Shown one piece after another: positions 36,966-51,694 of a stretch of 64,000 bases of DNA. The position numbers and the translations under genes were made by a program. The DNA is taken from assembly GCF_006345805.1 (NCBI RefSeq), contig NW_021832532.1, forward strand, positions 108,902 to 172,901. Reading direction: 5' to 3'. The notes under the pieces were generated by a model. It was not told where the DNA came from. It worked only from the letters and a program-made list of their open reading frames with translations, and made no database searches. This DNA is from Octopus sinensis. Its lineage: Eukaryota. Numbering within the stretch: position 1 is the stretch's first letter; the number at the start of each line of letters is the position of its first letter.

Positions 36966-37689
36966 AATAATATTTCTTGAGAGACTGGGACAGAGACAAA
37001 GAGAGATAATGGTAGCAGTAAGAAATAGAGAAACACTACAATATGTATGAATTATAATGAAGTATAAGGACCAGGTTTAGTTAAAGAGTCTGGGCTACTG
37101 TCTCTTCAATTATGAGTCAAAATTTACTGTTATTTATATGTTTGCCTCTTAACTCTTAAATGGTCAAGTACCACACTGAGCATAAAGACTACATTCTCAA
37201 GAATGATTCTTGCAATGATTAGAAGTTGTGACTGCGTCCTACATATTTTTTTAATGATTCCATTAAAACAAATTATAGAAGGAGAAAAAATCTTTTTACC
37301 ACTAGTTTAATTTTCTGTGATAGAATAAGAATGATTTTCATTATCACTAAGGCAGTTTTTTGCCAAAAAGTTAAAACTCATAAAAACGTTCATTTCAAGG
37401 TTAAAACCAAAGATAAAAGGTATTTTTTAAATGATTAATCATTGTAACAAATCACTTTTTAAAGTTAATAAAGTTAAAATCAAGTAAAAAAAAGTTAAAA
37501 CAAGGTTTTAAAAAAGATGAAATTTCTCTAAAAAGTAATTTCTTTTTAGATTCTGAAAAGAATAAATAAATTTATTGATATATATATTTATGTATTGATT
37601 AAACCTAAATTTGATATATATTTCTGCAAATTTTTAGTAGAACTGTTGTCTGGGGCTATCACTTTGGAGCTCTTTTTAGCACTCCCTAT

Positions 37690-38110
37690 GACTTGTCCTA
37701 CCTTTCAATTTTTTTTTTATTCTCAACTCATTTGTTTCTGTAATAGTAATTGTTGTTGTTGCTTCTACTTTTGTTCTTGCAGTTGTAGCTGCTGCTGCTG
37801 TTGTTCATTCAGTTGTTGTTGTTTCTGCCATTGTTCTGGCAGTTGTAGCTACTGCTGTTGTTGCTTCTGCCGTTGTTCTGGCAGTTGTAGCTGCTGCTGT
37901 TGTTCTTTCAGTTGCTGTTGTTGCTGTTTTTGCAGCCCGAGCAAACCAGCCAACAAATTTTCCCAAATTTTGCAATTTTTATTTTCCGTAAATTCACACC
38001 AAAAAAGCTTTTGTGCGTTTGTTAATTCCTCATTGACACTGTTTTCATCCTTAATGTTGGATTGTTATAATATCCACTCAGGTATAGTAGCATAGTTAGT
38101 AAGACAAGTA
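37690..38110 (-). mobile_element. Gypsy-like gag N-terminal remnant with poly-Gln tract
   Basis: ENLLAGLLGLQKQQQQ...; ttggctggtttgctcgggctgcaaaaacagc matches ~55060-55085. Confidence 0.45.
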
Positions 38111-38309
38111 AGACTACAACTATCTATGACCATATATTTCATATTCTCTCTCAACACTGACAGACATCCTCTTATTTATAATGACTACCACATACCATTT
38201 GTCATGTGGGATGGGTGAACGATTATTATTCTTATCCCCACAACAAGAATACTCATACATCACAAAGTAATTAAAACTAGAGAGAGCTCCTAAATGTTTA
38301 TGGATATAT

Positions 38310-38375
<66 letters not shown>

Positions 38376-38711
38376 GCTTAAAATGAAGTTAAAATGTGTC
38401 AAAGTAAAAAAGTAAGATTTAAAAATTATGAAAATAAGGTTAAAATCAAGTAATTTTCAAGGTTAAAAAATGTTTCTTGACAATTACTCATATAAACAAG
38501 ACAATTCCAAACATTTTTCTATAAATTTTAAGAAAGACAAAAATTCCCTGAAAGGATAGCTTTTATATTAAATTGTTTAAGAATTAAGTTTAGATCAACA
38601 GTCTAGAAAATTATAACTTTATATACAATTTTGTCTAAGAATATATATTTTTTCTTCTCATTCTACTAACATAATGAAGTACATTTTTATGTACTACTTC
38701 ATTTGTTTTAG

Positions 38712-38876
38712 GTGGAGTACAGTAAATTCAGTCTTAGCTTGAAAACTTTGGATGGTAAACCATTCACTGCTCTTAAAGTTATTCCAGTAGAATCAGTAAT
38801 AGAAACAACTATAGCTCTGAGTGTTAATAATCCTGATGAACTTGATTATGAAAAGGAAAAACAAATGACATTTAAG
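38712..38876 (+). CDS. Cadherin-repeat gene, exon 6
   Basis: ttttAG/GTAG; 165 nt; VEYSKFSLSL...NPDELDYEKEKQMTFK. Confidence 0.9.
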
Positions 38877-40477
38877 GTAGGTATGTTCTTGAGTTTAATT
38901 TGAATGAATGTAACTTGATATAAGCATGGGATGAAATTTAGTATTGTACAAATAAACTTCAAATCTGTTGCTATCCCCTTCATATTTTATACATTATCCT
39001 TTAACATAGCTTACTGTCATTTAAAAATATGGTAAACAAGTTTTCCAATTTTAACATATAGTGTGCAGTGCAGTGAGATAAAGGAGTTCACTTTATTATC
39101 ACACAGTCTTAAGTGGTATCTCAACTTTACCCATAGGTATAGGAACCCACAAATTACATTAGTGGTCAGTTTTCTTTTGCTTCCACACACTGTGTGTCTT
39201 TCTAGCAAGCAACTTTTCCTAACACTCTCCTAAGGTCACACAAGCTTCATTTTTGTCATTCTGCTTCTACCACTAAACTGCTGACTACTACTATAACCTT
39301 GTCCACTGACCCTGCATGTGAATAAAAGCTGTAAACAATATTTTTCTTTCCCATGTTTAATTATTACACTTGTTATTACACAGAGTTTGAACAATTTAAC
39401 CATAACATAACTTATTACAGTTGTGTTTCGGTGTTATCACTTTCCCGCATCTGCATTTATCACTCTTTGATACACTTTATCTCGCCAAGTTTGTTGAGGA
39501 CATCACAGGATGCATGATTCGTAAAACTTAGTTGTGATGTACTCCGTTTTGATATTTCATCCCAATTCATCTCTCTGTCAGTTAGGTACTTTTCTTCTCT
39601 TGTCATTTGTCCATGTTGAGAAGCTCTCTTTGAAAAACATTGAGGGAATAAATAAAAGAAGGAAAATGGCAGTGATTATTTGTTGATGCTAATAAATTGT
39701 CCCATATCTCTGCACTTTCAAAGACAACTGGGCTAAAATATCTTTACTTGAAAAAATAAGTAAGGTTTAACAACAGGAAGAGCATCTGACTGTAAAAATA
39801 GTTCCTCAATAAATATTGAATCCATGTGAGACTGGAAAAGCAAACATAAAATGAAGAAATGAAGAAACAAATGTTCAATTCAACAGATCATATCTTTATA
39901 TGTATGGTACAGGATTGAAGCATATTAGATTTGAAATCTAATAATTGTAAAATACCACATGGCACATATGTATATAGGTGAAAGCCATGAGTATTCAGGG
40001 TTGGTTACAGGATTTCTGTAATGTTGTGTTTCTTCTTAAACTTCTAACAGATCTTTTTGAAGAGTGTCATTTTGTTAAAATATACTTACAAATTTTCTTG
40101 TGTGCATTTTCACTAAGTTTTGCTATGAGCTCAGAGGAATTGTTTTATCTATCCAGCCAGTATTTAAAGCAATTAAAATTTAATTATTATCAAAATATAG
40201 AGATAAAAAGGGCACGTGGAATACTTTGTGATGTCCTAGTTCAGTGGCCTATTATTTTGAACCTCTTGAGTTATGATGAAGTCAACCAATAGGATTTTAC
40301 TTCAGGTTTTACATTTCTCAATATTATAATGATAATGAAGGGAGAGGAGAAGTTTTTGAAGTCAAAGCTGAACATAGCAACAATGATAATAATGAGGATG
40401 TTGATAGCAACAATGATGACGACAACAATGATAAGAGATTAACATTTTTTCGAAAATGAATTACATACTTTGTTATT

Positions 40478-40775
40478 GTTGTGGTTGGTCTCAGGTTCAG
40501 TCCCACTGCATGGCATCTTGAGCAAATGTCTTCTACTATAGCATCAGGTTAACCAATGCCTTGTGAAATTCCGTCAGTGGAAACTGTGTGGAAGCCCATC
40601 GTGTGTGTGCATGCGTGTTTGTTGTCCCCTCACTGCTTGACAACTGGTATTGATTTGTTTATTTCTAACTTACCAGTTTTTTGGGGGGAAAAAACGATAG
40701 AATAAATACCAGACTTGAAAAAATAAGTAATAGAGTCAATTTTTTTTATCAGACCCTTGAAGGTGGTGCCCCTTT
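40478..40775 (+). mobile_element. SINE (ggctgtgtgg family), degraded
   Basis: ggttcagtcccactgcatggcatcttgagcaaatgtcttctactatagc. Confidence 0.65.
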
Positions 40776-40795
40776 TTTATTTATGAATTTTCCAG

Positions 40796-40951
40796 ATTGT
40801 TGCTGAAGATAAAGCTTCATCTAAAGCCAGTGAAGCTAATGTTACTCTAGAAATATTGCCTGTGGATGAATTTCTTCCCCAATTTTCTCAGCAAAAATAT
40901 CAAGTAAATGTCTCTGAAGATAAAACTGTTGGTAATCTGATCACCATAACT
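40796..40951 (+). CDS. Cadherin-repeat gene, exon 7
   Basis: ttccAG/GTAAGT; 156 nt; IVAEDK...LPVDEFLPQFSQQKYQVNVSEDKTVGNLITIT. Confidence 0.92.
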
Positions 40952-42706
40952 GTAAGTATGAAATAATTTCCCTTTAAATATTTAAGACAAATTGTTAATA
41001 ATTCAATAATTTTATAGACAATTAACATCATCTTTAAAATGCATATATACAGTCTTTATATCTCTACCATGTTTTTAATTGTTTGATCACTGATCATCTC
41101 AGGTACATTTTCTCGGATATGTACATACTGACCACTGTACATGCAGCAATAGCCTATGGATAAGGACTTTATCCTGAGCTTAGGAAAAATGGTTTTGAAT
41201 CAAATCTAGCATGGTATCATGCATATATCAAGTGGTATAATAAATGATTATGAGCAGAAAGCAGCCTAATCAGAACATTGTGTACATATAAAAATATACA
41301 TCTAAATAAGAAAATGTATAATCTTATTAAATTCACTTTATTTTTCAACCACAATTATTCATGAGGCCAATTTAGGCTCTTTTGTATTAATGTGATCAGA
41401 GATGCATTTTCTGTTGTATAAAAAAGTTGTCTTTAGATTTTTCCCATGGTGGGATTTGAATTTATAATTGTAGTCATTTCTAAAGTTCTATCTAACCAAC
41501 AGTAGTTACAGAGTTAGTTTCTGAGATAACTATCACAACCATTTTGTGCTGGTTTATCCATATTTGTATGAGTTAGAAGTGTTTTCCACAGTACAAAATT
41601 TCCCTCTTGTTTTAGTTCTTTATTGTCCCCTTGGTGAGCGGTTCCATCACTTGAGATCGATCAACAAATTGTTGATCATGTATAATTGGACCTTACTTTG
41701 CATTTTGAAGATCTGTAGGGTCAAATGAGTGTGCTGGGGTTGCTTAGGTTTAATTTTTGGATGCTGATAAATGAAGTTACACAGTACCATGAGATGGTCT
41801 TGGAAAGAAATGCTTTTCAATTGCAGTAGTACTAGCATGGTTGTTTAACACAGAATCCAGAGAACTTTTGCTGTGTCTTGTTGATTTGGCTATAAGATGA
41901 GGCAGAAAAAAAATGTTCTTAATGTTGAAAAGTGTCTTTTTTTATGCTTTATCCAGGGTCAAGATGCAAATTCTATATTCCAAAAATATTTATAGATTCT
42001 TTCACATACTTGTTCTTTCCCTTGCTCACTCACTTACTTCCTTCCTCCTTCCCTCCCCCCTTTCTTTAACTCTGTGGAGGAGTGAAGGGAGACATCAGAA
42101 TCGGAAGCAAGGGAAAAAGAGTGATGTCAGGACTGGAAGTGAGAGGAAATGGCATCATGTCAAAAGTGAGACATTTGAAAAGCTACTTTCTTCATCAAGA
42201 TGTTGATGGGGACAGACATATGGAAGGGATCTCAGAGGGAGAGTAGTTTCTGGCCAGGAGTTGGGGTAGTGTACACATGTAGGTATGGCCAATGAATTCC
42301 ACTGATCCTTGTGAAGTGAAACTTGATACACTTTTCTGATTTTCTTTTGAGGTAAGAGCATTCTAATTTTTTCCTTTCCTTCTAGGAATTTGCAATTTAT
42401 TTATCAACAACAATATTACATACCCACATCCATAGATATGTATACGTGTATGTCAACATGACCAAACAGTCTGAGCTGACATTCCTGAATCATATAAGTA
42501 ATAGATTGCATCACAGTTTCTGTGTATAGTCCTTGGTTGGATATAAAATTCAACCAGTGGACCCATAATCTTGCAAAGTGTCCTGGTACCAAAGGAATTC
42601 AGGCTGCTCCTTCTAGTTTTAAGTCCTAAAATTCATCATTAATTAATTTGTAGTATAATATCTTAGCTAATTTTTTCAGTTATGGAAATATTTATTTATA
42701 TTTTAG

Positions 42707-42768
42707 GCTACTGATGATGATTCAGGCAAAGATGGAGAAGTGACATATGCAATATTTGGAGACAATAG
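42707..42768 (+). CDS. Cadherin-repeat gene, exon 8
   Basis: ttttAG/GTGAGT; ATDDDSGKDGEVTYAIFGDN with AxDxD motif; phase 0/2. Confidence 0.92.
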
Positions 42769-43613
42769 GTGAGTAAAAAATATTCAGATTGTGATTTTAT
42801 TTGCATATGAAAGTTGAAATTGTATCTAATTGCTGGTTCCTTTCTTTGTATCTTACATTTAGCATTGCTTTATATCATAAATTTTAATTTGTTGATTACA
42901 TTATAAAGTAAAATGCTAGACATATACTTATAGATGCATGAAAAATCAATCTTTCTTTCAAACAAAAACATAATTATTACATAGCAATGAAATATTATCA
43001 TAACACCACCTAAAAATAAAGATAAAAGTGTATAGCACACAACTAGAATTTTAAAATATGCTCCAAATACTAGGCCTTGCTATCTCTGAGGTAGGGTAGG
43101 TTTTCCTTGTCAAAAACACATACTCAATATAGTAAAGATTGCATCAAATAGACTGACCTTCCCTTTCAGGCACCCCCGCCAAAAAAAAAGAAAATACTTC
43201 ATTCTCCAAAAATTATTTACCTCGTACTAAGTTGAAGAAAACCTCACAACTGTGTGTTGTGCCTATATTGGATTACATAATTTTTTTTTTTATATTTTAC
43301 TTAATTTTTTTGTCTTAAGTTCAAATCTTGCCAAAATCAATTGTACCATTCTTTCTCTGGGGTTGATAAAATACGTTGTAGTCATGTTTAAATGAATTCA
43401 AATATATGTGTATGCAATCTTCATGCATAATGCATTGTAGTGACATGGTTAACAATGAAACCTTCATTTTGTAATTATATCTTTGTTTTGAAGTATATTG
43501 TCTTAGAAATAGTTGACTTTACTTTTCAGAAATTAAGCTATTCAGTTTCACTTACTTTTGCTTTTTCTAGTTTTGTATATACTTATGTCTTCTCATTTTC
43601 TCTTCTGAAACAG

Positions 43614-43851
43614 TTTCACTATAGACAGCAAAAGCGGTACTATATCAGTCTCAAAGAAGCTGGATTATGAAAAAGTAACTTTTTATAGTTTACTTGTTGA
43701 AGCCACTGATGGAGGTAATCGAAAAGCGACTGTTGATTTAGATGTTTTTGTGAAGGGCATTAATGATAATGCCCCTATATTCAGACCAAAATTCTATACT
43801 GGACTTCTGAAAGAGGGCAAAACCAGTTTTGAGTATGAAATCACTGTTCAA
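43614..43851 (+). CDS. Cadherin-repeat gene, exon 9
   Basis: aacAG/GTAAGT; phase 2/0; FTIDSKSGTISVSKKLDYEK...ATDGG...GINDNAPIF. Confidence 0.94.
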
Positions 43852-44559
43852 GTAAGTTATTCATTGTCTGTATTTTATTCCATTGTCTTGACGTGCTTGC
43901 ATGAAATAGATTTCACTGTAGTCTCATATAATTACAGAAATTATTCTTGTCAACACTTTTTAGCATTCAGCTTTTTATCCAATGGATTAAACCAGGCTTT
44001 ATTTCTTTTTCTGTATTTTTTATTGTTGTTTGTGATGAGAGAAAACTAGGTTCTTGCACATAATTGCTTGAAAAACACAGTAATGTATTCTATAACCTCT
44101 ATAGATAGCAAAAATCTGCACTGGAGATTAAAATATAATCTAGAACAATCTGCCATTTAACTAAAATATTATAACATCTATGATGAAACAACTCTTTTCT
44201 TTAGTCAAGAGATCCTTCTACAATGATAAACTTCAAATTGAACAAAAATAATAAAAATTCCATAAGACCTATAAAAATCATTTCATCGCATAAACTTAAA
44301 ATCTTTCTAAATGATATGAACCAAATGAAAAATAGATGTAATTATTAAAATAAGTAATCTATTCCTCTGGATAATCAGTGTGCAAGTTAAATACATTGCA
44401 TATCAGACAAATACAATTGAGAACAGAATTTGCTGTGCTGTATTAGACAGGGTGTTTGTGGGTAAATTTGACAGCTTGCACAAAAGGAAAACAAAACAAA
44501 ATATCTCATCTAAAAATATCAACTAGATTATAACTGCAAGATAACAGTTTATACAAAGT

Positions 44560-45330
44560 AGTCACTCTTAGCTTCCAGCACAGCCTCAAAGGGATTCCAG
44601 AACCTGGTTCATGCATTCCTCACTGTGTCCCTGAGAAGATCTTCAAATACCACCTTCATCTTGGCTACCAGCTCAGCCTTGATGTTGCAGGCAGAGTGGT
44701 TAGTGTTTTTCACAATCATGCTCTGTGAGATTACATATGGGAGGAATTAGTTGACCGGAAATTGGGGCTTTTGATGTAGAAATTCTCTGACAACCACTTC
44801 TGACTCTTTCTGGAGGTATGGCAGGGAGCTGAAATCTACTACCACACATATGGCCTTCCAGCAGCAATACTCTCTAGCCAAGGATTGCCCACTGTCTCCA
44901 GTAGCTTTACATAGCTGTCTGAATTGAGCCTAAGGCCTTGTTCAGAGAAGTGGGTTGACATGATGTCACCCTCACTGAAGATACACCCAAAGACCATCAC
45001 AGTTTAGAGGAACTGGTTTTCATATGTAGAATATCACATGAATTGTAGGCAAGATACCTGGTGTTCTGGATGTTGTGTAACTAGTTTTGGCAGAAGTTCT
45101 TTCCATCTGAGGAGAACCAGATCATCCCTGGCTCAACATGATACCTCAGCATTTTCAGGAGCTTTTTTGCCTTTATCAAGCAGTTCTTGGTGGTGAGTCT
45201 AATGCCCATTTCTCTTGCCAAAGTCCTGATTCTTTTGCTCAGATCTTCCATTATCTAGTCCAGTAGTTTTGGGATTAATCATGGAATGCAGACACAATCA
45301 GAATGCCTGTTGTGTCCCTTCCTACTGACC
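44560..45330 (-). mobile_element. Tc1/mariner (maT-like) transposase remnant
   Basis: KKLLKMLRYHVEPGMIWFSSDGKNF, VMVFG and YVKLLETV motifs; similar to 48700-49330. Confidence 0.7.
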
Positions 45331-48174
45331 ACGCAACTGTCCATGTCACATCTTACAGCCTTTACAGTGTTCACAGAGCATTGAGCAACAGTCATGGTAT
45401 CAGCATTTTCTTACCTGGTGTGGACCATCATGATACAGGTAAATTTTTCCAATATTCAGAAAGCGTCCAGTCCTCTGTGTCAGTTATCTTTTTCTCAACT
45501 ACAGCTTTAATCTTAATGCTCTCTCCAACACCAATGACTGTTCACCAATACATCAAGATGTTCCTGATAAAAGGAGATATAAAAAGTGTCAAATTTAGCC
45601 CAGACATCCCGTGCATAGGCTTAAAAAACCCCACAAATTTAAGAGCTGACTATGCCAACAATGAGTTCATTCAAGAGCCATCACAAAGAAAATTATGCAT
45701 CATTCTGAAAACAAATTTGGCAAAGAAAAGATATGGGTGAGTGTATTGATATTGTATAAACTCTCTTGGGCAGATCAAAATGCTGCTGTTAATGTTTAAC
45801 TGAGAAATATCATATTGTAAACTACCCAACCCAGTATTGAAAAACAGAGCCAATGATAATTTTGGTCAACAAAGGCAGGATTGGCAGTAATATTTATATG
45901 CATCCACTACTGGTTGAATATTTTTCACTTTTTACGTATTCCCAATATTACAGTTATTATATAATTCCAAGCTCCTAGCAGCAGCTATCAGACCTGAAAT
46001 ACCATGCCTCCTCCCCTTAGTTTTATGTACCTTTTATACTTCATGTAAATTTGTTCTGTAAATATACAAGTATTTATGTTCTTATACACGAATGTTCATC
46101 TTCTGAATATATATACGTGTATATATATCTATAAGCATGTATGTATGTCTCTATAAATACAGTCATCGGTGTGTGGGCTTGTATGTGGTGTGTGTCTCTC
46201 TCTACACATACACATATAGGCATTCATGCAAGGTCAAAATCATGCATAACTACATCCAGTGGGAGCAAACAACTAAGTCTGTATGTATAAATTTGTATGT
46301 AAGTATTTGTCATAGCACTAGTATTAGTGTGAACCCAAATAGTGATTAATGTGCAAGCAGACATAAGTGTGTCTGTGCTCTCGCATGTGTGTATATATGT
46401 ATATGTGCCTGTATATGTGTATGTGCATGTTTATGACTATATATGTATATGTGGATGCATACAGATCTATCTGCCTATTGATGTAAAAAAATATTGATAA
46501 GTCTGTGTATGTATGTGAAATGGTGCACATGCATGTATAAATGTGTGTGTGTGTGTGTGTGTGAGTGAGTACATATTTGTGTAAATAGGCGTATGTTGGG
46601 ATATAGATGTGTGCCAAATAGTAAGTGTTATGACCTTACCACCACCCGGAATGATGTCTGGCCATATGATGTCATGTTGGCAAGGACGGCTAACTATCAA
46701 AGGATTTATTACCACCAGCTCATTTCCAGAATAGCAAGACAGATATTGACAGACTTAATGGATTTGTTTTATTTTAATTTATTGTATGCTTTATTTTCCT
46801 TAATCTTTACATTGTATTATTTTCTTAATTACATCCTGTTTGTATCCACAGCTTAGCACTTGATTTATTCTTTGCAGTTCCTACTCAATGTATCTTAAAT
46901 ATGACTGCTATCAACATGCTCTAGTTGATATGAAAAGTGAAATATTACTTATGTAATGAGAAACTGTGTTGCATCACCTAAAGAGATACTTCTGCCCCAT
47001 GTGGTGCATCATATTTCATTGTATAGTCTCCCAGCTGTATGGGAGAGTTGCATGATATGTTGAAACGATCATTGTGACAATAAAGTTTCTAGTATATTCT
47101 ATCTTTCGCATCTATTGTTTTTACTGAGGAATTCCTGACATAGAGCCAGCAATGATTGTGCAATTATCATGGATGACACCAGGTAGCCATAGGCAGTGAA
47201 CATTCTTTATCAGCATTCTACTAGAGAAACAGCTAACACAAAGTTTAAATTTTGAATTTAAATTTAAACTTTACTTTTAAAACACACACACATACACACA
47301 CACACACACTCATACACATATATATGTATGTATATGCATTCACTTTGAAAATGTCATAAATGATAGACCCTTGAGGAAATTGCAACAACTAGGATGCATA
47401 ATTGCATACAGAGCAATGTGCAATTTCTGCAGTAGAGACATATGTAGGTCATGGTTATATAATTTCTTGAAACTTATTGATATTTGAATTCTTGACTATG
47501 AACTTTAGAGCCTTCCATTCTTGCCAGTGTAACATAATTTGCATATGAGCTTTGAAAATATATTAAAAAATAAAAGAAATTCTCTTCCTTTTTTAATCTA
47601 TCAAATTACTATTATGTAGGATTTCATCATGAAGGAAACCATCCTAATGTGGGGAGGGCATTATGTTTCTGTATATGAAACACTTTAAACGCCATTTATA
47701 CATTTAATGTACCCCTAAAATTTACCTGAATTTATATATTTTTACCAAATTTATTTACCCCTGAAGTTAAAAATTTTGAACTCTTATCCAACAATTCACA
47801 TAAACATCAAATTCTTAATTGATTGGAACCATTCCTTTTGGAAGCTTTTACCTTGGAGCTTTGTCTCTTTATTTGTCACTTCTCCATTTGGTACCTGAAC
47901 CCAACGTACATATTGCATGGTTTTTACATATAACTTTTACATGTAATTTTATTCACTTATTTATATAAATTTATATGTATATTTATTTATTGTGTGCTTT
48001 AAATTATACTTTGAAATTTTTATTGATTACCTAGATGTGTTCCTTCTATAATTTCTCTTATCCTTTGATTTAGCTCGCAATGAGCACTTCTTAATAAAAC
48101 CCATATATTGTGAAGCAGGATTAAAAACATGCTTTATAAGAAAATTTAACTTAAAATATATATATACTACACTC

Positions 48175-48660
48175 ACGGAGTAGTTGGCGTTAGGAAGGGC
48201 ATCCAGCTGTAGAAACACTGCCAAATCAGACTAGAGACTGGTGCAGCCTCCATGGCTTACCAGACTCCGGTCGAACCGTCCAACCCATGCTAGCATGGAA
48301 AATGGACGTTAAAGGATGATGATGATGATAATCATCATCATCATCATTGTTTAATGTCCGCATTCCATGGTGGCATGAGTTGGATGGTTTGACTGAGGGC
48401 TTGCGAGCCACAAGGCTGCACCAGGCTCCAGTCCAATCTGGCAATGTTTTTACAGCTGGATGCCCCTCCTAACACTAACCAATCCTAGAGTATAGCAGAT
48501 TCTTTTTATGTGCCACTGGCTCAAGGGCCAGTCAGGTGATATTGGCATTGGCCATGCTTGAATGGTGCCTTTTACATGCCACCAGCATGGGAGCCAGTCA
48601 GGCGGCACTGGCAACGACCACACTCGAATGGTGCTTTTACATGCCACCAGCACAGGGGCC
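48175..48660. mobile_element. Two RTE-type tails joined tail-to-tail
   Basis: The + copy ends in gatgatgatgat and the - copy begins catcatcat at ~48335. Confidence 0.65.
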
Positions 48661-48689
48661 AGTCAGATACAAATCTTACGTAATGAGGA

Positions 48690-49340
48690 GAGGTCAATTC
48701 ATGTCAGAAAAAACAAAAGAAAACTGTTTGATCAGATCCAAAAGGTTTTTGAACAAACTTAAAATCCATCAGAAGATGGTGTGATTTGGTTTTTCTCATA
48801 TAAGAAAAACTTTGACCAAGACCAGAAAACTAACAGAAGAAATGACAGATGGCTATATGCAAACCCTTCTGAGGTTTCAAGAGTAATGCACACAAAATTT
48901 CTTGTAAGTGTCATGGTTTTGGGTGTTGTTTGCAATGAAGGACATGTGATGCCTCCTCACTTTTTTCCACAAGGCCTTATGGTTAATGCTGCTGTGTATA
49001 TTGAAGTTCTGGATAAAGTTGTTAAGCCTTGGATCAAAAGTGTATGCAATGGAAGGCCTTATGTCTTTCAGCAAGATTCTGCATCATCACACAAGGCTCA
49101 AATGACACAAGAATGGATGGCCAACAATTTGCATGATCACATCACTCCCACCATTTAAACTCCTAATTCTCCAGATCTCAATCTGCTGGACTACTGTGTA
49201 TGGAGTATCATTGACAAAAATCTCGATGAGCACCTCCATAGGACTTAAAATTCTTTGAACGGCGCCATAGTTTAAGTCATGTCTGATATGAACAGGGACA
49301 ACTTAATCCGAGCTTGTAAATGATTTTGACTCCACGTAGA
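48690..49340 (+). mobile_element. DD37D (maT) Tc1/mariner transposase remnant
   Basis: VMVLGVV, VFQQDSA...SPDLNLLDY; 37 residues between the 2nd and 3rd Asp (one is a stop codon). Confidence 0.85.
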
Positions 49341-49669
49341 GACACTTATTGATGCTTATGGTGGTTTTATTAGATGAAATTATTAAATTGATAAGTTAGC
49401 TTTATGTTGATGTTATTTTCATAAAAATACAATTTTTTTCTGTTACCAATTTTGAAACCACAAAATCTGTCCTCAAATACTATCTACCTGCACATGCACA
49501 CACACACACATACACACACACACACATGCTGGTTTTCCTCTTCTAAAGTGGTTGTAACTCATGAGACAGATCAGTTTTGGGGAATTCTCTATTGTAATTA
49601 TTATATATTATTTTTGTAAAAGTGGTTGGTTTGAAGAGTAATTTCTTGTTGATTTCTCTTTCACTATAG

Positions 49670-49903
49670 GCAACTGATGCTGATAAAGAGAATTCAGGTA
49701 ATTCTCAAGTAAAATATTCAATAGTAAATGCTAGTCAAAGCCTTTCAAACAGTTTTTCCATAAATGCACAAAATGGAATTATTACTCCATCAAATATAGA
49801 TTATGAAAGCCTGACTCATAATGTCATCCAGTTAGTAGTCAAAGCTGAAGATAATGGTAAACCAGTCAAGGAAGATACTGCCATTGTTAATATCACTGTA
49901 TTG
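49670..49903 (+). CDS. Cadherin-repeat gene, exon 10
   Basis: ctatAG/GTGAGT; 234 nt; ATDADKENSGNSQVKYSI...IDYESL...AEDNGKP...VNITVL. Confidence 0.94.
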
Positions 49904-51694
49904 GTGAGTACTAAAAATCTAATATTTCTAACATTTTGACATTGTAAAAATATTGAATTAAGGGTAAAGTCGTTAATTATATTAAATCAGGATTGAATCT
50001 TGTACTTAGGTCATGGAGCTATATTTGTGTAGCTGTCGACATCTTTGGAATGACATATAGATTAGTTTGGAATGATATCTCAAAAATCAAAGAAGTTATT
50101 TTAAAAAGAAATCCAATATTTTATCTTATGATATATTTTGCCAAGAGTAAGACAAGTGAATAGTTTTGTAACATATAAAAGAGTATTTTTTATTTAGCCT
50201 TAAGTTTCAGAATGTGTTGAGGAATCAGTCTTTAGTTACCTTTCTAACTTCTCAAGCATAAAATGCATAGCATTTTTTCTATCATTTGCTAGAATTTATA
50301 TTTCAATTTTTGTTAAGATAAACGAAATCTGTTTCTCTCTATAAACAGATACAAAATTTCATTAGTAGGCTGGTCCAAATTGTCAACATTAATTGGAGTT
50401 ATAAAAGAAATTTTCTCTTAATTAATAGTCAAGAAAAGGATAATCTTTATGTACCATGTTCACTCATCTTTTTGCATTCAATTTGTGTATTCATGTTATT
50501 TAGAATATTAACTGAGTTAATACTTAATCTTTGTCTGAGTCTTTCTTGCATTGTTATAATTTCAAAGAAAATGCCTTCTGTTCAAACACAGATTTGTAAC
50601 TATTGTTTTAATACCAAATTATCCTTTTTGCTACAGTATAGAAATGTAGATAATAAATTTAATAGCTTCCATTTGGAGAAAGTTTCTTCTTGTGATTAAT
50701 TTGCCAATTAAATAAAAGGTGTTATGTTGGGTTGAAGAGTTTTATAATATGTATGGCTTCTTGGGAAATACTTCTTAACTAACATCAGGAATAACATCAA
50801 TGTCAGCTACTCATGTGTCTAGATAATATAGCTTTAAACATTGCATGTCACAATAGGCACAAACACACAACTACACAGCCTCCAACCTACACCTGTGACT
50901 TAGAAATTCTGCCAACTTCTTGCTGAAAGGATCATACCAATCTAAAAAATCACTCTCACACTATCCAAAGGGCATTGTAAGACACTATATATGGGCATGA
51001 CAGCCTACAACTTTATTGTTGCCACTAGAAGTATGCCTGCTTTATGAATTTCAAGTTGTTAGCCACATAAAACCCAAATCTCCCATTCTAGGTTTTGCTA
51101 CCGCATACACACAAGGGAAGGATATTTTATTCCTACTGCCCATATAGGCTACAACCCACCATGTTGATCACACATCATCAACGTAAAACTGCTGCCAATA
51201 TGTTCAAACTCCACTGAATGATTACTGGACTTGTGCCAACATCTTACCCTACAACATGCAGTACTCAGTTCACAGAATTGATGTCATTTAATATACTATG
51301 CCACAGCCCATTATCAAAGGGACACTAGCATCTTGCTGACATCATATCCAAACACATGGACCTTAGAAAAAATAACTGGTGTTAATTTGATAGCACTAAT
51401 ACCATGTGATACTAACTGAACAATAGCGGCCTAAACACTTAGAAGCCATCTTGAATTTCTTTCAAACCCACCACTCTGCCTCTGATTGTTGAGAGAATGT
51501 ATCCTCCTATCCATGAAACTCATGTGGAACTGAGTCAAACTATTATGAAGTATATGTGATTCCAAACAAATGTGCTGGGTGCTACTTTCTATCATTTGCT
51601 TACTCACCATACATACATACACTCACACATGCACACACACACACACACACACACACACCACACACACACACACATACACATTCAGTCACACACA

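Noticed and set aside
37595-38095. Cys-rich metallothionein-like ORF
   Set aside because: Reverse complement of a CAG/CAA poly-Gln tract.
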